Position numbers and translations under genes: made by a program
Notes under the pieces: generated by a model
Databases searched by the model: none
What the model was told of the DNA's origin: nothing
Seen by the model: the letters and a program-made list of their open reading frames with translations, nothing else
DNA from: Promethearchaeota archaeon
GTDB taxonomy: Archaea > Asgardarchaeota > Hermodarchaeia > Hermodarchaeales > Hermodarchaeaceae
Direction: 5' to 3'
Length of the DNA stretch: 20,784 nt
Assembly: GCA_048939245.1 (NCBI GenBank)
Contig: JBHLPR010000037.1
Span: forward strand, 1 to 20,784
In this document: piece after piece, positions 17,601 to 20,784 of the stretch
Layout of the letters: every line of letters starts with the position of its first letter
Position numbering within the stretch: position 1 is the first letter of the stretch

Positions 17601-17621
17601 AATTTAAAATGCTTTCCTTTT
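17601..17621 (-). promoter_or_regulatory. Putative BRE/TATA promoter for the candidate ncRNA
   Basis: Minus strand AAAAGGAAAGC-ATTTTAAATT. The TATA is centred ~25 nt upstream of position 17580. Confidence 0.5.
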
Positions 17622-17685
17622 GGTTATGGAGTTTTTTCCGGAAATTGGTCGTGATTCGGAAAAAATAATGTTTGCTTCAATTGGT

Positions 17686-19455
17686 TTACAGGGATTGACG
17701 GCGCTTTCGATGGATTAAGATCACTACGAAGCAACCTAGAATTAAACCAATGAAGATTGAGACAATGGGATACCCTGGTATCTCTGGAAAGGAAGTGGGT
17801 ATTGTGGATTCTAAGAAAGTAACTTTGAAGGTGGTAGAAAGTGCATTTCCGTAGGGATCACTAACGGTGACATTAAGGCCATAGGTTCCTGGAGAAACAC
17901 CTGAGACGCTTTGAAGAAGTCCAGAACTAGAGAGAAGGAAATTCGTTGTATCGTTAATATACCACTGGGCAATACCGGATCGGTCAGTGGCATTGAGTTG
18001 AATGTGAAGCGCGTTGCCAAAATTAAGAATTAGGTTTTGGGGTGAATTAACCCATGTGGGTACGGTAGTATCGCGGATAGAGAAGGTAAACGTGGTTGTG
18101 AGTGTGAGTGCACTGGTGTCATTGACTCTGACTTCGAGGCCGTAGTCTCCTACGATTAGAGGTGTAGCGTTTCTGATGAGACCGGTTCCGTCGATGGTGA
18201 AGTGAGTGGTGTCATTGATCCACCAGGTGTCGATGGGATTCGTAGAAAAAATATTGAGTTGATAGTAACAGGGGTCTCCAAATTCGATTTGTTGGTCTGT
18301 GGGTGAATCGAGCCATTCAAAGGGGAGGTGTCGTGGGACAAGGCCGAAGGCTTCGAAAAGGTATTCGCCGATATCGGTCAGATGGGTGAAGCTGGGGAGG
18401 ATCTCTGATGTATTATGATACACGAATACAGGAACGGGAGCAGCGGTGTGGTATGTATCGGTGAATTGGTACTGTAAGTCGGGGTTACTCATATTGACCC
18501 AAAGGCCACCGCATTCGTGGTCTGCGGTTACGATTAGAAGCGTCCGAGGGGTTTGCCTGGCGTATTGATATGCTACTTGCACAGCTTCGTCAAAGGCGAT
18601 AGTTTCACCGATGGTGTGGTTGATATGCCAATCGTGACAGGCATGGTCGATGCGCCCACCTTCGACCATCAGGAAGAATCCGTCGGTATCTCGGTCAAGG
18701 ATTTGTAAGGAGACATTGGTCATTTCAGTGATATGCGGTTCATTTAGTGGGTTGCGATCATATTCATAATTCATTGAAAAATCGGCAAACAAGCCAAGAA
18801 GATAGTCTTCAGTGACACTTGCTAGCATATCGGTTCGGTTTTCAACAATGTGGTAACCTTTCGCTATGGCGGTCCCTAATCGCGCTGAGTAATCTTCTAG
18901 TCCACCGCCAAGTAATACTTCAATGCCTTTAGTTAGTTGCTGTTGGGCAATCGTTGCATATTGGTTTCGATGCGAAACATGGGCAGAGAAGGGTCCTGGT
19001 GTCCCATGGTAAAGTGGAGTGGTCGTCACTAAACCAGTCGCTTTGCCTAAGGCTTCAGCAGCTTCAAGAATCGTGGTCAGAACTTGCCCATCAGGAAGCA
19101 TGGAGACCATATTATTGTTAGTGCGATTGCCAGTTGCTAGGGCTGTTGCTGCAGCAGCGGAGTCTGTTACAGATGCATCCAAGGAATAGGTTTCGATATC
19201 ACCGAGATAGGATAACTCCGCCATAGTTAGATTGGCTGAGGTACCCAGCCATTTTTTGGTGGCATTAATTTGCCCCCAGCCCATCCCATCACCAATCATC
19301 AGAATAACATTATCAAAAGGTGCATCGGGAAGTGGTGGAGTGAGATCCACGGATTGGTTGGCCAGCTGACTTGTGTTTCGTGGACTCGTGAAATAAGGAT
19401 TGATAAGCAGCAGACCGAAGAGAAGTATGATGGCTGAGAGCTGACTATTTTTCAT
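17686..19455 (-). CDS. phoA: Cell-surface alkaline phosphatase (PhoA family) with two Ig-like repeats and an IPGY-TM-basic C-terminal sorting signal
   Basis: NVILMIGDGMG, TDSAAAATA (catalytic Ser), MVEGGRIDHACH and VTADHECGG. Two ~85-aa W...INDTT.F...G.YGL.V.V.D repeats. Tail IPGYPIVSIFIGLILGCFVVILIHRKRR. Confidence 0.92.
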   Translation of the reverse strand: MKNSQLSAIILLFGLLLINPYFTSPRNTSQLANQSVDLTPPLPDAPFDNVILMIGDGMGWGQINATKKWLGTSANLTMAELSYLGDIETYSLDASVTDSAAAATALATGNRTNNNMVSMLPDGQVLTTILEAAEALGKATGLVTTTPLYHGTPGPFSAHVSHRNQYATIAQQQLTKGIEVLLGGGLEDYSARLGTAIAKGYHIVENRTDMLASVTEDYLLGLFADFSMNYEYDRNPLNEPHITEMTNVSLQILDRDTDGFFLMVEGGRIDHACHDWHINHTIGETIAFDEAVQVAYQYARQTPRTLLIVTADHECGGLWVNMSNPDLQYQFTDTYHTAAPVPVFVYHNTSEILPSFTHLTDIGEYLFEAFGLVPRHLPFEWLDSPTDQQIEFGDPCYYQLNIFSTNPIDTWWINDTTHFTIDGTGLIRNATPLIVGDYGLEVRVNDTSALTLTTTFTFSIRDTTVPTWVNSPQNLILNFGNALHIQLNATDRSGIAQWYINDTTNFLLSSSGLLQSVSGVSPGTYGLNVTVSDPYGNALSTTFKVTFLESTIPTSFPEIPGYPIVSIFIGLILGCFVVILIHRKRRQSL

Positions 19456-19610
19456 TGTGTTTCCAACTCGAGGCTATAGCCGTCTCGTCAACGTAATCTT
19501 AAATGAATCGAATGAAGGAAGACTGATTGGTGTTTTACGTCATTTCAGCATAGAACATACCTGTTTTTATAGAACTAGAAGTGAAGAAGCCAACGGAAGG
19601 TTTCTTTGAA

Positions 19611-20339
19611 ATGCTCTTTATTGCCGAGTCTCCCTTACATTTTGCTCTAGCACTTACGACGACCATCGTGATATTGATTTCAGCGCTCTTGATATTTCTT
19701 GGTGTAATCCGAACTGAAAAGCCCCTTGCTGGCTTCTGGTCTGCCTTCTTAACATTGTTCTTTGCGTTCTTCACATTTCTTATTTTGACAATAATGATGT
19801 ACCAACTCCCTGCTGCAGCCACGGCTGATCAACTCTTTCCCTATTACATTGGAGCTTGGACCTGCGTTGGATTACATGCGTTCTTCCTACTGTTTTACGT
19901 TGTTGGATTCGAGTGGTTTCGAAAGCGAGTTTGGGCAGCTTTTCTCCCTTTGCTTGGGACAATTTCGTTTATGGTAGTCCTATGGGTTTTCGCAACTCCT
20001 GCAACCTCTATAGTAGTATCGGATGGAGTTATGAATTGGTTAGCTCTGCCTTTGATCGTGGTTGGATATGGCGGATTTTTAGCGATTTTTTACATGCTCT
20101 TAATTCCACTCATTAGAGTTTACAGTGTTACCAAAACACAGACAGGACTCTTAAAACAAGCCAATTGGTTTGCGTGGATTGGACTCCTACTATGGTTCAT
20201 TGCTGCAATTATGATGGCTTTAGTCCAATACACGGCTCCCTATATGTCCATTGCCTTAGCTCTCGCAGCGTTAGCCTGGTTGATCATGCTCATTGCGTGG
20301 TTTCTTTTGGTCCGAGGTCAGGGTAAACCAGTAGAATAA
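19611..20339 (+). CDS. Stand-alone 7-TM membrane protein of unknown function
   Basis: Seven hydrophobic segments with short loops and no soluble domain. ATG 19611 or GTG 19581 are possible starts. Confidence 0.8.
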   Translation: MLFIAESPLHFALALTTTIVILISALLIFLGVIRTEKPLAGFWSAFLTLFFAFFTFLILTIMMYQLPAAATADQLFPYYIGAWTCVGLHAFFLLFYVVGFEWFRKRVWAAFLPLLGTISFMVVLWVFATPATSIVVSDGVMNWLALPLIVVGYGGFLAIFYMLLIPLIRVYSVTKTQTGLLKQANWFAWIGLLLWFIAAIMMALVQYTAPYMSIALALAALAWLIMLIAWFLLVRGQGKPVE

Positions 20340-20347
20340 ACAGGTTC

Positions 20348-20392
20348 ATGCCTGATCTGCGTTTACGCAGCATCGGGCGTCCATCTTTTTTT
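20348..20392 (+). terminator. Hairpin + T-tract terminator of the 7TM gene
   Basis: ATGCCTGAT-CTGCG-ttta-CGCAG-c-ATCGGGCGT, then T7 at 20386-20392, starting 9 nt after the stop codon. Confidence 0.7.
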
Positions 20393-20424
20393 CTTCAAAG
20401 CAATCGTTTGAGTAGATACAAGAT

Positions 20425-20784
20425 TTTTAGAGAGGGGAGAGAGGGTTGAATGTTCGATAAATGAAACACCTGCGCATTTTGCTGTTGCATTGTGTATTTG
20501 CGTGAAAACTTTCGTATTCGTGTTGCTATTCATAATGTCCAGGAGTTATGTGTCCCGCGAAGCATAGATGCCCCGGCTTTTCGGTTTTTTGTTTGTCCTC
20601 TTTTTCTTCCTGGCATATACGGTGTCTGCCGTTACAATAGCACTTTTTCTAAGAACAGCTAGCTTGTATGAGCTCTCAAAGCAGAAGAGTGGCTGATGGT
20701 AACACATAACTACGGAGGTATGGTTCTTGTAGTGCAAAAGTAGAGTGGAGGTGCCCGACCAATGAGCGCGGGCACGTCCTGTGT
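20425..20784 (-). ncRNA. Second candidate structured RNA element (5' end outside the window)
   Basis: Several complementary segments: 20751-57/20769-75, 20702-11/20544-53, 20608-13/20539-44 and 20520-24/20465-69, plus a GAAA-tetraloop hairpin at 20504-19. No convincing ORF. Confidence 0.35.

Noticed and set aside
19611-20339. Rhodopsin
   Set aside because: There is no retinal-binding Lys in helix 7 and no helix-3 counterion motif.
20546-20737. 63-aa Lys/Arg-rich ORF as a small basic protein
   Set aside because: It has a TTG start and its basic stretch derives from an A-rich tract. The frame is open to the window edge, so it cannot be fully excluded, but nothing positive supports it.

Overview
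This window looks archaeal, most likely Asgard. That is an inference from TATA/BRE promoters, GGTGA ribosome-binding sites, dense N-glycosylation sequons and an IPGY-TM-basic sorting tail of the Loki-CTERM/PGF-CTERM type. Bases 1-6570 are one minus-strand ORF missing from the supplied track: a secreted protein of at least 2190 aa that runs off the left edge and carries ~98-aa 'PWGDN' beta-sandwich repeats. The remaining genes, in order, are a PfkB kinase, a PadR + DrrAB-like ABC exporter operon with a tandem palindromic operator over its TATA box, two paralogous RimJ/RimL GNATs, a membrane protein, a 7x FG-GAP-like propeller-TM-zinc-finger protein, a FabK/nitronate monooxygenase-family flavoprotein, RidA, an unlisted 2[4Fe-4S] ferredoxin, a membrane-anchored C39-like peptidase, a surface alkaline phosphatase and a stand-alone 7TM protein. 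Two observations stand out. (i) A candidate ~275-nt structured ncRNA with its own promoter and terminator lies at ~17305-17580 (minus strand), and a second structured element at 20425-20784 shares its 3' layout and C/U-rich tract. (ii) The integrin-alpha-like single-pass protein has a cytoplasmic zinc finger with UBZ3-type spacing. All calls come from reading by eye; no database searches or folding programs were run.
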